64,000 nucleotides of DNA from Blastocystis sp. Blastoise. Its lineage: Eukaryota > Protista > Bigyra: Opalinata. The translations under genes and the position numbers were made by a program. Under the pieces are notes generated by a model. That model was not told the origin of the DNA, made no database searches, and saw only the letters and a list, made by a program, of their open reading frames with translations. The DNA is taken from the NCBI GenBank assembly GCA_039096225.1, contig JBBPEB010000015.1:930001-994000 (forward strand), in the 5' to 3' direction. Positions 40,865 to 59,018 of the stretch are shown piece after piece. How positions within the stretch are numbered: the stretch's first letter is position 1; every line of letters begins with the position of its first letter.

Positions 40865-42129
40865 ATGAGAAATATTATTATTTATTTATTATTTTTGTTG
40901 GTAGTGTCAAGTGAATCTGTTGGAACAAAAGTCAAAAAGATGCTTAAAGATGGAATTCCAGAAATATTTTGGTATTCTCATATTGAAACAAAGAATTCTG
41001 AAACAACATTTGGTCTTTGTCAGATTTACGTTGATACGAAACGAGATCTAAATGATGGACTAGTATATATAAGTGATGAGCAATATGTTGAGGAAAAGAT
41101 GAAACTATGTGTGATAAAGGCAGTGGAGAATAATGTTAATATCCTGATGTTTCCAGAACACTCTCTTAGTTTTCGTAATCAGACAAAAATAGAGCTTCTT
41201 CAAAATATCTTTCAAAATGCAGCTAATATGAATAAGATGATGATTCTTCCTGGAACCATGTATGATTCAGATCGTTACGCTCGTTTTCCTGTCTTTGGTA
41301 ATGGATGGACACTTAATGGATATAAATTTGGTTCTTCATTCTATGAAAATGAGTTATATACTGAAACAGGAGTCAAATCAGGAAATCGTTTGAGTGTTTT
41401 AGAAACAGATTTCGGACGTTTCTTAGTAGTTATTGGTATTGATTTATTAAGTGATCGAGTTCAATATTCTGCTCGTCGAATGAATGATAATGGTTTAATC
41501 GATGGAATTCTTGTTATCTTAAATACTCCTCATTCCTTAGAATTCTTAATGGAATCCAATTCGATGGTTCGAAGACATAACTTATATGTGATTGTTATCA
41601 ATGCTCTCCAACATTCAATGTATATATGTATTTTTGTTTGTTTGTTTGTAATCTTATGCTAACATATATATATTATATGTGTTTTTTAAATTTTTTTTTT
41701 AACTATTTTTTTTTTACATTTTTTTATTAACTTGAAAAGTATATATTCTCTTTAAGTTAAATATAAAATAATTTATTCATTATATGAATATATTTATTAT
41801 CAATATGACTATATAGAGAAGTTATAGAGAATAAAAAGACATGGGGTTATTCTTCTATAATATGTCAAACATTTAATAATGAATTAGAAGACTTTATTTC
41901 TATCAAATTACCTTCTTCTTTAGTTACTTCATATAACCATGATAATATTGTATATTATAAGAGACATATAGCTTTTGATAATGTAATAAGTTCTATTGAA
42001 GATAAAAAAGAAGGATTATTATTAGCTACAATACGTAATTCGGGAATCTTTCATATATGGAATGAAGAACAAGCCCCTGATTATGGATCTGGACCTATTT
42101 ATAATGTTCATACACTTTCTCTAGAATAA
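40865..42129 (+). CDS. Secreted carbon-nitrogen hydrolase (nitrilase-fold)-like protein, 2 exons
   Basis: Signal peptide, FGLCQ, NILMFPE, GYK and VLETDFGRFLVVIGID. The second exon from ~41817 is in phase to TAA at 42127-42129. Confidence 0.65.
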
Positions 42130-42940
42130 TTTTATTTATTCTTTGTCTTCATTATAATATTTATTCTCTATTTATTTTATATATATATATTAAATATTTT
42201 ATGTTGTCCTATTTCGATTTATCTCTTAGAATAAACAATAAGATTCTCTTGTATTTCTTGTAAATAACATATTATTATTGTATTCTTCAAATTTCTGGTT
42301 CATTAATCTATCCTATTTTTATGTATTCTATATTCTTTTTTAATTTATATATATATATTTTTTTCATATTTATCCAACAAATGATATATATATAACATAT
42401 ATCAAATTTCTATTCAATTCACTTTTCTTTTCTTTTTTGTTTTCTTTGTTGTGTCTTCATTTATCTCCAATTTCATGTTTGTCCTCTTATTAAAAAATTA
42501 GTGTTATTATTGATTACTTCTTTATGAAGAATTGATCAACTGTTTTGTTTATTGGGTATTCATTTCTTGAAATTAAATTCTAAAATGTTTTTCCAGAATT
42601 AAATTTATTGAATCATACTGTTTTTATCATAAAATACAATATATATGTTGTTGATGTCAAAATAATCAACACGAAAGTTAATAACCTTTTTCTAGATCAA
42701 CGTAAACACTCAGAATCTTTACACACCACACTCTTTGTTTGAAGAATACTTAATAATTAAAACAAAAAGTCAATATTCATTTTTCAGAATTTGATCATGA
42801 TTATTTCTGAGAATTCTTTGATATAATTCATATTCCCATTATTACAGATAAATGGTTTTTGTTTCCTTTTCTTTGTTAAACTTTTTCGTTTCTTTTATAA
42901 ATACAATCTGAATTTTGAATTTAATAAAGAATTATAGAAA

Positions 42941-44018
42941 ATGGCTGATATTGTTAGAGATATTATGGAACGAATGGTTCCTGACCTCAAAGAAATGGAA
43001 TTACATCACATTTTTTCATCTGCTGAGGTTCGTGCTATTATTAAGAAACGAGAACGTACCGAATATTTGATTAAGAGTCACACACCTGATCTTCAAGATT
43101 TCTTAAAAGCTATTGAGTATGAAATCAATTTAGAAAGTCTTCGGAAACTCAGAAAGCAAAAGAATGGTAAGATTATTTATCTTTTTTTGATTTCATTTCC
43201 ATTAATTTATATGATTTGATCATTTTAATGCATTATTTTTATATACTATTTAAATAGGTGTTATAAAAACTTTGAAATCTGATTTCCATATTGTAAAAAG
43301 AATATATTTTATTTATGATAGAGCTATTCGTAAGTATCGTACAGATAAGAATTTATGGTTACAATATATTGGCTATTGTAAAGATAATCAAGAATATACG
43401 AAAGCTGGAAAATTATATATGAAGTATATATATATATATATATTATTGAAAAGATTCTTGTATATTCAATATAATACATTGAATATTAATAGAATTATTA
43501 TATATTAACTTTACTATATGTATATATATATAGATATCTTCAATTATTTCCTCTTGATGTTGATATGTGGATTCAATGCGCTGAAAATGAACAAGTTCAA
43601 GGAAACTATAGTAACGGAAGAGGTATATATATATTTATTATGTTTATTGTTAATGTTTTTTTAAATTATTATTATTATTATTTATTATGTTTATTATTAT
43701 GATTATTTATTATGTTTATTATTATTATGATTATTTATATTTATTATTATATAATATACTCTATGTATAGTATTATATCAACGTGCTTTACGTTTAAATG
43801 ATCATAGTCAACAACTATGGAGGGCTTATTTCTCATTTGAAGCGAATTATATTAATATTATTCAAAAGAGAAGATCACTTCTTGGACTCTCTGTATATAT
43901 ATATATAATTATAATTATAATTATAATTATAATTATATTGTATATTGATTCTAGATAACTAAATCTACTTCTGAAGATGATGAGCAAGCTAAAAAGATGA
44001 TTGATCATATTCAAAATG

Positions 44019-44089
<71 letters not shown>

Positions 44090-46078
44090 TAGATGATTCA
44101 GAGAATGAAGATAAAGAAGATAACAAGTTATTAAATGATTCTATGGAGGAAGAAAAGAATGAAGGAGAAGAAAAAGAAGGCGAAGAAGAAAAGAAAGAAG
44201 AAAAAGAAGAAGAAGAAGACGATCAAAATCAGGTCTTCTTAAATGGTGCTATTCCCAAGGTTATTTATATGCATACTTTAGAAAGTATATATATATATAT
44301 ATGACTATATTTTTCATTTTTAATGTATTATAATTATAATGAATCTACATATACATATATTATATAAAATAAAGATTTCCCTGGTGATTATGCATTTTTT
44401 GTTTCTTTACTTCAACAGTCTGATTCTAAAGATCTTAAAGAAGTGTCTACTTTTATATATAATGATTTAGAAGATAAATATAAAGAAGTATAAAGATTTA
44501 TATATATATATATAGAATTATGATATATTCATTTATCTTAATATATTATTTATATTATTATATATAGGATCCATTATTATGGAAGGAATTCATTGAATAT
44601 CCTCTTTATAAATATATACATATATCAAAACAAGATATGGAACGAAGTATATATTAAAGTTTAATATTATTATTATATGTATTATATTTATTATTATATG
44701 TATTATATTTATTATTATTATTATATTTATTATGATTATTATATAATAGAAAAACGAACATTCTTAGATATATCTATTGATATCACAAAATGTATTGAAG
44801 TAACAAAGAAAGCTATTTCTGTATTTCTATATTTAATATACTCTATTCAAAACAATATTCTATTTTCTTATTATTTAACTATATATTCCCGTGATTATAG
44901 TGTAACACTTCTCCTTCTCTCTATGAGTCGATATTTAATGCTTTTCTCACCATCGCTTCTTTACCTAATTCATTCCAAGGAAAAGAAGTATATATATATT
45001 ATTATTATTATTATTTTATCTTATTAACAATAGATAAATATATTATTTATATTAAATATATTATATATATATAATACTTAATCTTTTTCTGTTTTATAAA
45101 GGTTGCTTTTGAATATATTCAATCATTATATAACGATATTCATGGTAATTCGCAATGTACTAGTTCAGTTTTTGAAAAATATTCTAGAATATTATATTTA
45201 AACAAAAAATTTGAAGGTATTCTTGACTATTATTATATTATATTATATTATATTATATTATATTATATTATATTATATTATATTATATTATATTATATTA
45301 TATTATATTATATTATATTATATTATATTATATTATATTATATTATATTATATTATATTATATTATATTATATTATATTATATTATATTATATTATATTT
45401 TATTGATTATATAGAATGTTATACATGTATAAATGAATGCCTTCAAATATACCCTGTTAATTATGGAATGTTTGATGTTTATATGAATATCATTCTTTAT
45501 CATGCTCCTACTACGATTACTATAGATATTGATACTGTCAATAATATATTTAAACGCTATATAACTTTAATTAATGAAGAAAAAGGTCTTATATATATAC
45601 GATGGATTAAATATAATATACAAAATAACTCTAAACAAGAAACATATATTGATAACTTATTTAAAGTATTTATTATTTATGATTATTTATGATTATTTAT
45701 GATTATTATTTGTTATCTATTTATTATTATTTATGATTATTTATGATTATTATTTATTATCTATTTATACTACTACTAATAATAATTATTATAATATATA
45801 CATAGAAAAGCTTTAAAGAAGTTATTACTAATCAAGATGTGTTGCTCTATATGTATATAGTATACTTAAATAATACCAAAAAACTTGATGGTCTTGTTCA
45901 ATTCTATAATTATATACATGGAAATGAATGTCTTATTCATATGTCCTTAGATTTATATACTAAATATATTAATTTCTTAAAAGGATATAATAATACTGGA
46001 GATCTTACTTGTACTGCAATGAAATATATTAATAAATCTTATGATGAATGTACTACTATTTTTGGAAAAACTAATTAT

Positions 46079-46113
<35 letters not shown>

Positions 46114-46326
46114 TAGCTTACTTTTTTTTTAAAAACAAAGCATGAATATATATATATATATATTAATATTTCTATAGATTTATGGATAGATTATATAAAG
46201 TTCTTACGTTTAAATAATGATATTTCTACAAGTAGTAAAATATATTCTCGTGCTCTTCATTATGTAAACAATGTTTCTGCATTTAATGAAAAATATAATT
46301 TAGCTATTATAAATCATAAAGAATAA
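42941..46326 (+). CDS. UTP6: U3 snoRNA-associated protein 6 (HAT-repeat), multi-exon
   Basis: MADIVRDIMERMVPDL...IFSSAEVRAIIKKRE..EY...DFLKAIEYEINLESLRKLR, RIYFIYDRAIRKY and HAT repeats (LWLQYI, YQRALRLN, LWIDYIKF). TAA at 46324-46326. Confidence 0.9.
45229..45395. repeat. Intronic (TATTA)n pentanucleotide microsatellite
   Basis: More than 30 perfect units in a UTP6 intron. Confidence 0.92.
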
Positions 46327-46984
46327 TCATATTCTAATGCTTATTTCTGATATTTTTCTTGTCTCTAAAATCACTTTTTGAGTATTTTCATGTTGTATTT
46401 GTTGTTATTATGTGTTCTATTCTTTATTCCATGTTTCATTTTGTTTTGTTGTCTCGTTTTCATCCTTTTTAAAAAGAAAATGCGAATAACTTTATTCCTG
46501 TTTTTATACACATATGGTTAAGACAATTCATATATTGTAACATATAGTTTAAACTCAATCTACTTAATTCTAAACAATAATAAAGCATAAATTATGAGAA
46601 AAAAACCTGAGATTCATTTAAAAAGAAGAGATTTTTTCTAAAAAATTGTATCTCACTTTGTTTATTGTTGAAGATTCTGTATGAGAAATCATTTAATGAA
46701 CGATTCTTTTACTGAATTGTTCAGTCAATCATTTATTTGTGTTAAATGCAGATGAGGAAGCAAATGAAATATCTTCTCTTTTCTCCTTAACTAGAGAAGT
46801 TTAGTCCAATAAAAATTGAGATCCAAAACACGTTTTCTTTGTCATTTTTCTGGAGCAAATCATATATAGAGCCTCAATAATGTATCTCAGATTCAAAATA
46901 AGATTAAAAAATCTGATTATTCTTGTTTTTTCATATTATAAAGCTTATTTGTATTCTTTTATTTGATTTATCACCTTAAAGAAA

Positions 46985-51150
<4,166 letters not shown>

Positions 51151-52020
51151 ATTATATAAAGAAAAATATGATATTTGCAAATGTTATTATTGTTTAACTA
51201 TGAATATATATCGAGATATGAGTAGAATTCTATTCATAAAACGATCTTCTTTATCATAAATATCTATACTATGGATATATTAAAAATTCTCTGTTATGAC
51301 ATTCTTTGTTCACTAGTTTTAACATGATTTTAAATAAAACACTTTACAAAACTACTCTATATTCATGACCGTGAAATATCAGCTCTATATCTAAAGCATA
51401 CATAAATAAAAATCTCAGGAAAAACAAAATGTTGATTAGTTCATGTTCCATTATCACTTTTTTGCTTCAGAAATAGGATCTCCACTTCCTACAATTAAGT
51501 CAAAATAAATAAATCCATATATATCAAGAAATATAACGCATTATCTTAAAAGAAATGCTTTCTGTATGCCAGTAAAATAACTTTATAACATTCAGAGTAT
51601 TTTTCAAAGCAATTTAATGTCAAAATTAAAAGATAATGGTATCAAAATAGTCCATTTCCAAGGATCTAATTGAAAAAATATCTTTCAATAACTTTTCCGC
51701 AAACTTTAGAACATAATATGTCTAAATAATTGCAATAAAATAACAGACGAAGCAATCAATAAATAATAATAAACTCCTCGATGAAAGTGGTCATTCACTA
51801 AAAATCATTTAGTCGCCAATTAAAAAAATGAAACTAGTCTTTTCTGGGAATTCAGGAAAAAAAGACGTTTTTTCGCTCATATATTCATGGGAATGAAGTC
51901 GCCTCTGTTGACTCTCAATCGTGTAGCATATGTCCTTTTCTATTTTATGACAAGCACTTTTACAAACAGTTTTTGGTTAGTATTCTTTTATTAATAAGTC
52001 CATGAATCTTAAGAAAACAA

Positions 52021-53410
52021 ATGATATATTATATGTTATTTATCCTATTGCTATTCCAAAGCGTTCAAGGTATGGATTTTATGTGTTTTTTTCTTCTAAT
52101 TTTTCTGACTAATGTAGCGAGTCTAACATGTTATGCGCCATATGTTAAGATTGATTTAGAAAGACATGTAGGGATGCCTGTTTCATCGGAGACGTGGTCA
52201 ATTGTAGAAATTGACAATTCAAATACTGTAGTTTACACTGGATCCGCATCGCAAGAAAATCAAGTTAGTATCATGACAGGAGAAGTCTGTATGAGAATGG
52301 ATGCACCTTATAGATTGATTATGACTGATGAGTAAGTCAATTTATTTCTTTTTTTATGTATTTTTGTATGAATTTTTGTAAAATTTATGTTTTTTATATT
52401 GAATAAATATCTTTGATAATGAAAATAACTTTTTTTTTATAGAGAAGGTGATGGATGGGGATCTAAAGGAAGTGATGCGTGGCTTATTTTTTCGTACTAT
52501 AATGATGATTTATATAAAAATTCAATTACATATAAAAGTGGTTCAACCGAATTTCATACAAAAGAAGTTGAATTTAAATGTATTTTATAAAGTTTAATTT
52601 TATTTATATATAATTAATTTTTTTTAAATTTTTACAATAATATAAGATATATATATGTATATATATAATATATATTATTATAGTATCAATTCCTTTAAAT
52701 TGGTTAATACTACCTCATTCTATGTGGTATTATACAGACCAACCACAAGATAATAATAATTGGCTTTTACCTACAGAAACTAGTTACCCATGGAAAAAGA
52801 GTAAAGTGAATGAATATGATTATTTAACTTCTATTCGTTATTATCGATATATTCTTGAAAATGTAATATTTTCAACAGATGATGGTTTTGAATTACGTTT
52901 TCAATCTTTATATGGTATAGCTATATATGCAAATACACAAATGATTTATCATCATAATCTACCAGAGTATTTATTTGTTTTTATTTTTAATTTTATTTAA
53001 TATTAATTTTATTGATTTTATTTTATGCTATTTTATTGTTTTTTTTAATTTTTATTTTTATTTTATTTTATTGTTTTTATTTATTGTTTTTGTTTTAATT
53101 TTATTTTTTAATATTTTTATTAAATATATAGGACGTCTTTGAGTCCTGTTACTTATGCTACTGGATTTGATCTAGATATTGAATGGACAACGTATATATA
53201 TAAATAACTATATGCATTAATATATATATATATATATAGTTTAGCTTTACATTCTTCAGTGTTTAATATAATTAATGGAACATTAGTATTAGGGGTAGAA
53301 GTACATTTACCTGTGAATATAACGAATAAAGTAGATCCATTCGAATGTTTTCTTATTCTTAGAACAGTCAATAATGAATCAAGTATATTATTATTCTATT
53401 TATTAAATAA

Positions 53411-53450
<40 letters not shown>

Positions 53451-56400
53451 TTCAGTTATATCAAAGACTGATGGTGATGTAAAATGTATTCCAAATGATA
53501 ATAGTTTACAACAATATGATTTTACATGTCGAAATAGTTATGATCATTTTTATCAAGGTTGTTATCAAGTAGAAGGCAATCAAATTATTGCTAATATTAC
53601 TATTAATTTTATTAATCGTTCGTATGTTATATATTTATATTTATATAAATAATAATATATAATAATAAACATGATAATATATCATATACTATAGTCAACA
53701 ATGGTTTAATGGCTATTCTATAAAAGCACACGATAGTGGTTCTCAAACTCCTCGAGGTTGGTATATATATGGTTCTCATGATAATGACACTTATTATGCA
53801 TTACAAAATGAATATTCACAATCTTTTGATCGTGCGTATGAACGAAAGGAATATAAAGTGATGGGAAACCATGTAGCTTGGGAATATATACGATTTAAAA
53901 TAGGTATATATTTTTATTATTATTAATATTATAATTTTTTTTTTAATATTTACTATTTATTATTAATATTATATATATATTAATATTTATTATACTTATT
54001 ATATAATATACTATATATATAGTGGATACAAATAGTGATTTATATTTACAAATAAATGAAATAGAGTTTTTAATGTTTCCTCAAGAATCTGTATTAATAG
54101 ATATATCCTATCCTCAATATTCTTATACTTTTTATTCATATGAACAAGTATATATTGAACCAAATCCTATTTCACAATATATAAAATCATTTCATGTTAC
54201 TCCTTCTTTTCCTAAATTATCAAATTTAATTATTGATGAAGCTACAGGTGTTATTCATGGATATCATTATTCTTTATCACAAATATATTCTGTTTGTGGT
54301 TTAAAAGCTAGTAAAAATGCTGTTTGTACAAATATTTATATACATATTATACCTTCTTGTTCAAAATCAAATATATGGCCTGATACACCATCAAATACAT
54401 ATATTTCTTTACCTTGTGATTCTATACATGAAGGTATTCAAACTAGATATTGTAATTATAATGGTGAATGGGAAGATATTATATCCCATTGTATACCTAT
54501 TACTTGTCCTCAAGATAGTTCTTGGCCTATTACTAATGCTGGTAATACTGCTTCTCTTCCTTGTCCTCAAGGATATATTGGAATAAATACACGTTTTTGT
54601 TATAATTCAGGACAATGGGGTGAACCTGTATATACCTGTTCAAATGAATATTGTTCTATAAATAATGAATGGCCAGCTACACCTATTATGAATACTGCTT
54701 ATTTATCTTGTCCTCAAGGATATACTGGTATAATAAAACGTACTTGTAAAGACAATAAAATTTGGGATACTATTATAAATACATGTCAATTAATTACTTG
54801 TCCTAAAGATGATCAATGGCCTCAAACAAATAGTACTATTACTGTAACTTTACCTTGTGAAGATACTAATGCTGAAGGTAAAATGACACGTTATTGTAAT
54901 AATGAAGGTATTTGGGGTCAAATTCATAATGATTGTCATCTTTTGAAATGTACTGAAGATTCTGAATTTCCAGATACATTAAAAGGAGATGTAGCTATAT
55001 TACCTTGTAGTAATACACAGTTTTATATAGGTAATAGAAGAAGAGAATGTTTAGATATTAATGGTGAAGCTATATGGGGTGAAATTATGAATTATTGTCA
55101 TCTTTTATCTCCATATATATATTATTCTATATATTCTATACATTTAAATATGGGTATATCTATGACACCATTAATACCTATAATATTTGGTGGTAATTTA
55201 TTTAGTATTATTATATCACCTACTCTTCCTGAAGGTCTTCAATTAGATGTTTCTACTGGTATTATTTCAGGTACACCTACAAGTATTTCATTACCTATAG
55301 AATATAGTATATCTCTACCTAATCCTGCTGGTATATTTAATACAACATTAACTATTTCTATTGGTCAAGGATCCTGTGAACAAGAAGATTATTGGCCAGT
55401 TACAGATGCTGAACATACAGTTATTCTTCCTTGTCCAAATATGGATTTATATACTGGTACAGTTGAACGTACTTGTTTATCTGGCTTACCAGCTTATTGG
55501 GGAAATATAATCAATAATTGTATGGAAAAATCACCTTCTTTTTCATATCCTAATGAGTCTGTTGAAGGTATTAAATTTCGAGCATTTATTCCTATTGCTC
55601 CTACTATTATGGCAGTTTCTATTACAGAAATGATTATTTCACCTTCTTTACCTAATGGATTAATCTTCGATAATACTACAGGTCTCATTTATGGAACACC
55701 TACAACTGTTACAGATAAAAATTATTATATAACTATGAAAAATGAAATAGGTTCTTCCACAAGTTTTATTCATATTACCATAACATCTATTTCATGTTCA
55801 AGTGAACATGAATGGCCATCAATACCTATATATCAATCTTTAATATTATCATGTGATGATATACATATGGAAGGAATGAAGAAAAGAACATGTATAGATG
55901 GAAATCCTCCTTATTGGTCATCTATAGAGAATACATGTAAATATCCTAATCCTTCTATTGAATATACTTCAACACTTATGAATGTATATCGAAATATAGA
56001 TTTTAGTGTCATACCTGTTATTAATACATATAATTTTACTTCATTATCTATAACTCCATCATTACCTTCAGGATTAACATTTAATAGTATTACTGGTCAA
56101 ATATCAGGAAATTCAAAAGTAATATCAATTACAAATCATGAAGTTATATTAAATAATGGTAGTGGGTCTACTACTATTCCTATTACTATTAATATTCAAC
56201 ATACTTATTGTCAACAAGATAATGAATGGCCTAAATCTGAAGGTGGTACATTCGTACAATTTAATTGTACGAATCCTTCTTATTATACGGGTAGTAGAAT
56301 TCGATTTTGTTATGCTGGTTTACCTGGATCATGGGGTGAAATTGATAATAAATGTATATTAAAATCACCTTCAATATTATATTCAAATTCTAAATATATA

Positions 56401-57507
56401 TTTTATGTTAATGTAGCTATAAACCCAATTATTCCTATACAATTTGAAGGTCGTATTGATTCTTTAACTGTTAGTCCTTCTCTTCCTTCTGGAATTACAT
56501 TAGATACTACTAATGGTATTATTTCTGGTAATCCTCGTTTTACTTCATTAAATACATATCAGATTATAGCGAACAATATTGCTGGTATAAGTATATTTAA
56601 TATTGTAATAGAAATACATAATATATATTGTAATGGAATTAATTCATTTGAAACTACAGCAGTTAATTTATATGGTTATCGTTGGTGTAAAAATGGATTC
56701 AAAGGGTATGAACGTTCTTTATGTGTATTAACTTATGATTCCATAACAAAAGAACCTTATGGTGAATGGAGTAATGAAATAGATTCTTCTGCTTGTCATA
56801 TATATGATTCTGCAGATATTCCTTCTTCTTCTATGATATATGTAGATGTACCTCTTTATTCAGAATCAAGTAATAATAGTTATATGAATGATGTATATAT
56901 ATATAGTTCATTTATTATTGTTTTAAGTAATAAATTACATACGGAACAATTTATTGGTACACGTGTTTATATACTTTCTTATGAAGTACAAAATAATAGA
57001 ACTATGCTTATTAATATACGTATTGTTGCACCTAAACAATATGAAATATCTATTAAAGATTGCTTATTAGAATTTGTAAATAATCATGAAGAATTAGGTT
57101 TTTATCAGCAATATGCTTCTTATTATCAAAATCATTTTCATAATAATAATATATCTATGAAATTCTCTTTAGAAGATGTTATAAATCGATTACCATCAGA
57201 TAATAACAATGAAATTTATTATTGGTCTGCTATCATAATTTTAACTATTATACTCCTATGTTTTATCTTTTTATGTATTTTCTTCTATTGTGAACTTCAA
57301 AATAGACCTTATATGTTACCCTATTCAATAAAACCTGCTAAAAAACATAAAATATCTAGATCAAGTAGTATTTGTAGTAATATAGAACTTCAAAATGCAC
57401 TTAATTTCTCAAATAATTCTTATAATTCATCTATAAGCAATAATAATAATAATAATAGTAATAATAATAATAAGAATAAAGCTATTATTTATTTTTCAAA
57501 TACATAA
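52021..57507 (+). CDS. Large type-I membrane protein: discoidin/F5-8C-like region, 9 HormR-like Cys-rich repeats, 5 putative Ig (He_PIG-like) domains, TM helix and cytoplasmic tail
   Basis: Signal peptide; TPRGWYIYGS...WEYIRFKI...LQINEIEF; repeats C-x5-WP-x-T...LPC..G..G...R.C...G.W......C; SPxLPxGLxxDxxTGxISGTP Ig motifs; TM WSAIIILTIILLCFIFLCIFFYC. The terminal exon is ~3.5 kb. Confidence 0.85.
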
Positions 57508-59018
57508 ATTATTATAAAGAAAAGATAGGTCAAATTATTCAATTCTATTATTCTAGAAAACATATATATATATATATTTATTAACTTTCCTTTTAAAATT
57601 CAATAATATAAAATATTATATTCAATTATTATATTCATTTCATTATACATAAATATATATATATATATATATATATTATCATCAAACATATTCTATAAAA
57701 CATTTCACTTATTTGTTATGATTTTTATTTTCTTTTTTCTTCAACTAATAGTCTATTACGTTGATATATTATATTATATATATCTTTGTATATAATAAAT
57801 AAATTATTATATTTCCATATTTTCATATTTTATTTTATTATTTTTATCAGTTAATATATATATATTATTTATCTCCTTATTATTATTACTTGAATTATTA
57901 TAAAAATTTATTATGTCATATTTTTTTGTATATATTAAAAATATTCACTTTTTATTTATTTTTATTATTACTTATTATACTCTATATATATATATTTTAT
58001 AAATCATATTTATTTCTTTTTTAATTTCTTTTTTTTTATATTTCACATTTCATTTTATTTTTGTTCATATACATATATATTGACTTTCTTCATAACTGTT
58101 TTTCTTTTATGATTAAAGTCATTAGTTGATTTTTTCCTTTTTCATTTTTTTTTATTTTGTTTCTTTTTTTGTATTGAATAGACTATTTCTTATTAATTAA
58201 TATTATTATTATTTCCTTCCTTACAAATGAATGCATTTATTTACATTGTTTCTTTTCCTTTTTTTGCAGTTATAATATATATAAGATATTCCTTTGTTCT
58301 TCTTCTTTTATTCTTTCATTTTTAATTAAATGCATTCTTTTTATTTATTTTTTTTCTGTTTCTTTGAATTACAGCTGTTGCTATTTCATATTCTATTATG
58401 TGATTATTCTTTTATAAAGTATTTTGATTAACATTTCCTTATTTTGTCAAATTTATTTTATGTTTCAATTCCATTATGTCAATTTTTGTCATTCTGTCAA
58501 GTCTTTGATGTTTCTTTGTTGTTTTGTTGTGTCATTTTTGCTTTTTATCTATATTTTTTTATACATCTATATATTTACATTTTTTTTTCATATACTTATT
58601 TTAGAACACATAATAAGATTCAATATTAGCTTTTTCAAATTAGACAAGCATTTTCTTCATTATTATACAATAATGTTTAACAATTCTTGTTTTTTAAATA
58701 TCTAGTTTATTATTTATAACGTTTTGTTATTATATGACTCATAAATGAAATATATTTATGGAGATAATAATAGAGTATGTATATGAACTTTTCAATTTTT
58801 ATAGACTTTATATTTTTATTAAACAAACTTACTCTATAAATAATATAATAAACAAAAAGACTATTTTGTTAAATATATATATATATATATATAAATTCTA
58901 TATAAAAACAGAGTATATAAACAGAAATATTTTTTTAAATGAAACAAACAAGCAAATAAATAATTCTCTATTAACAGCAACACATAATAAACACAAATAA
59001 ACAAATATAATTATATAA

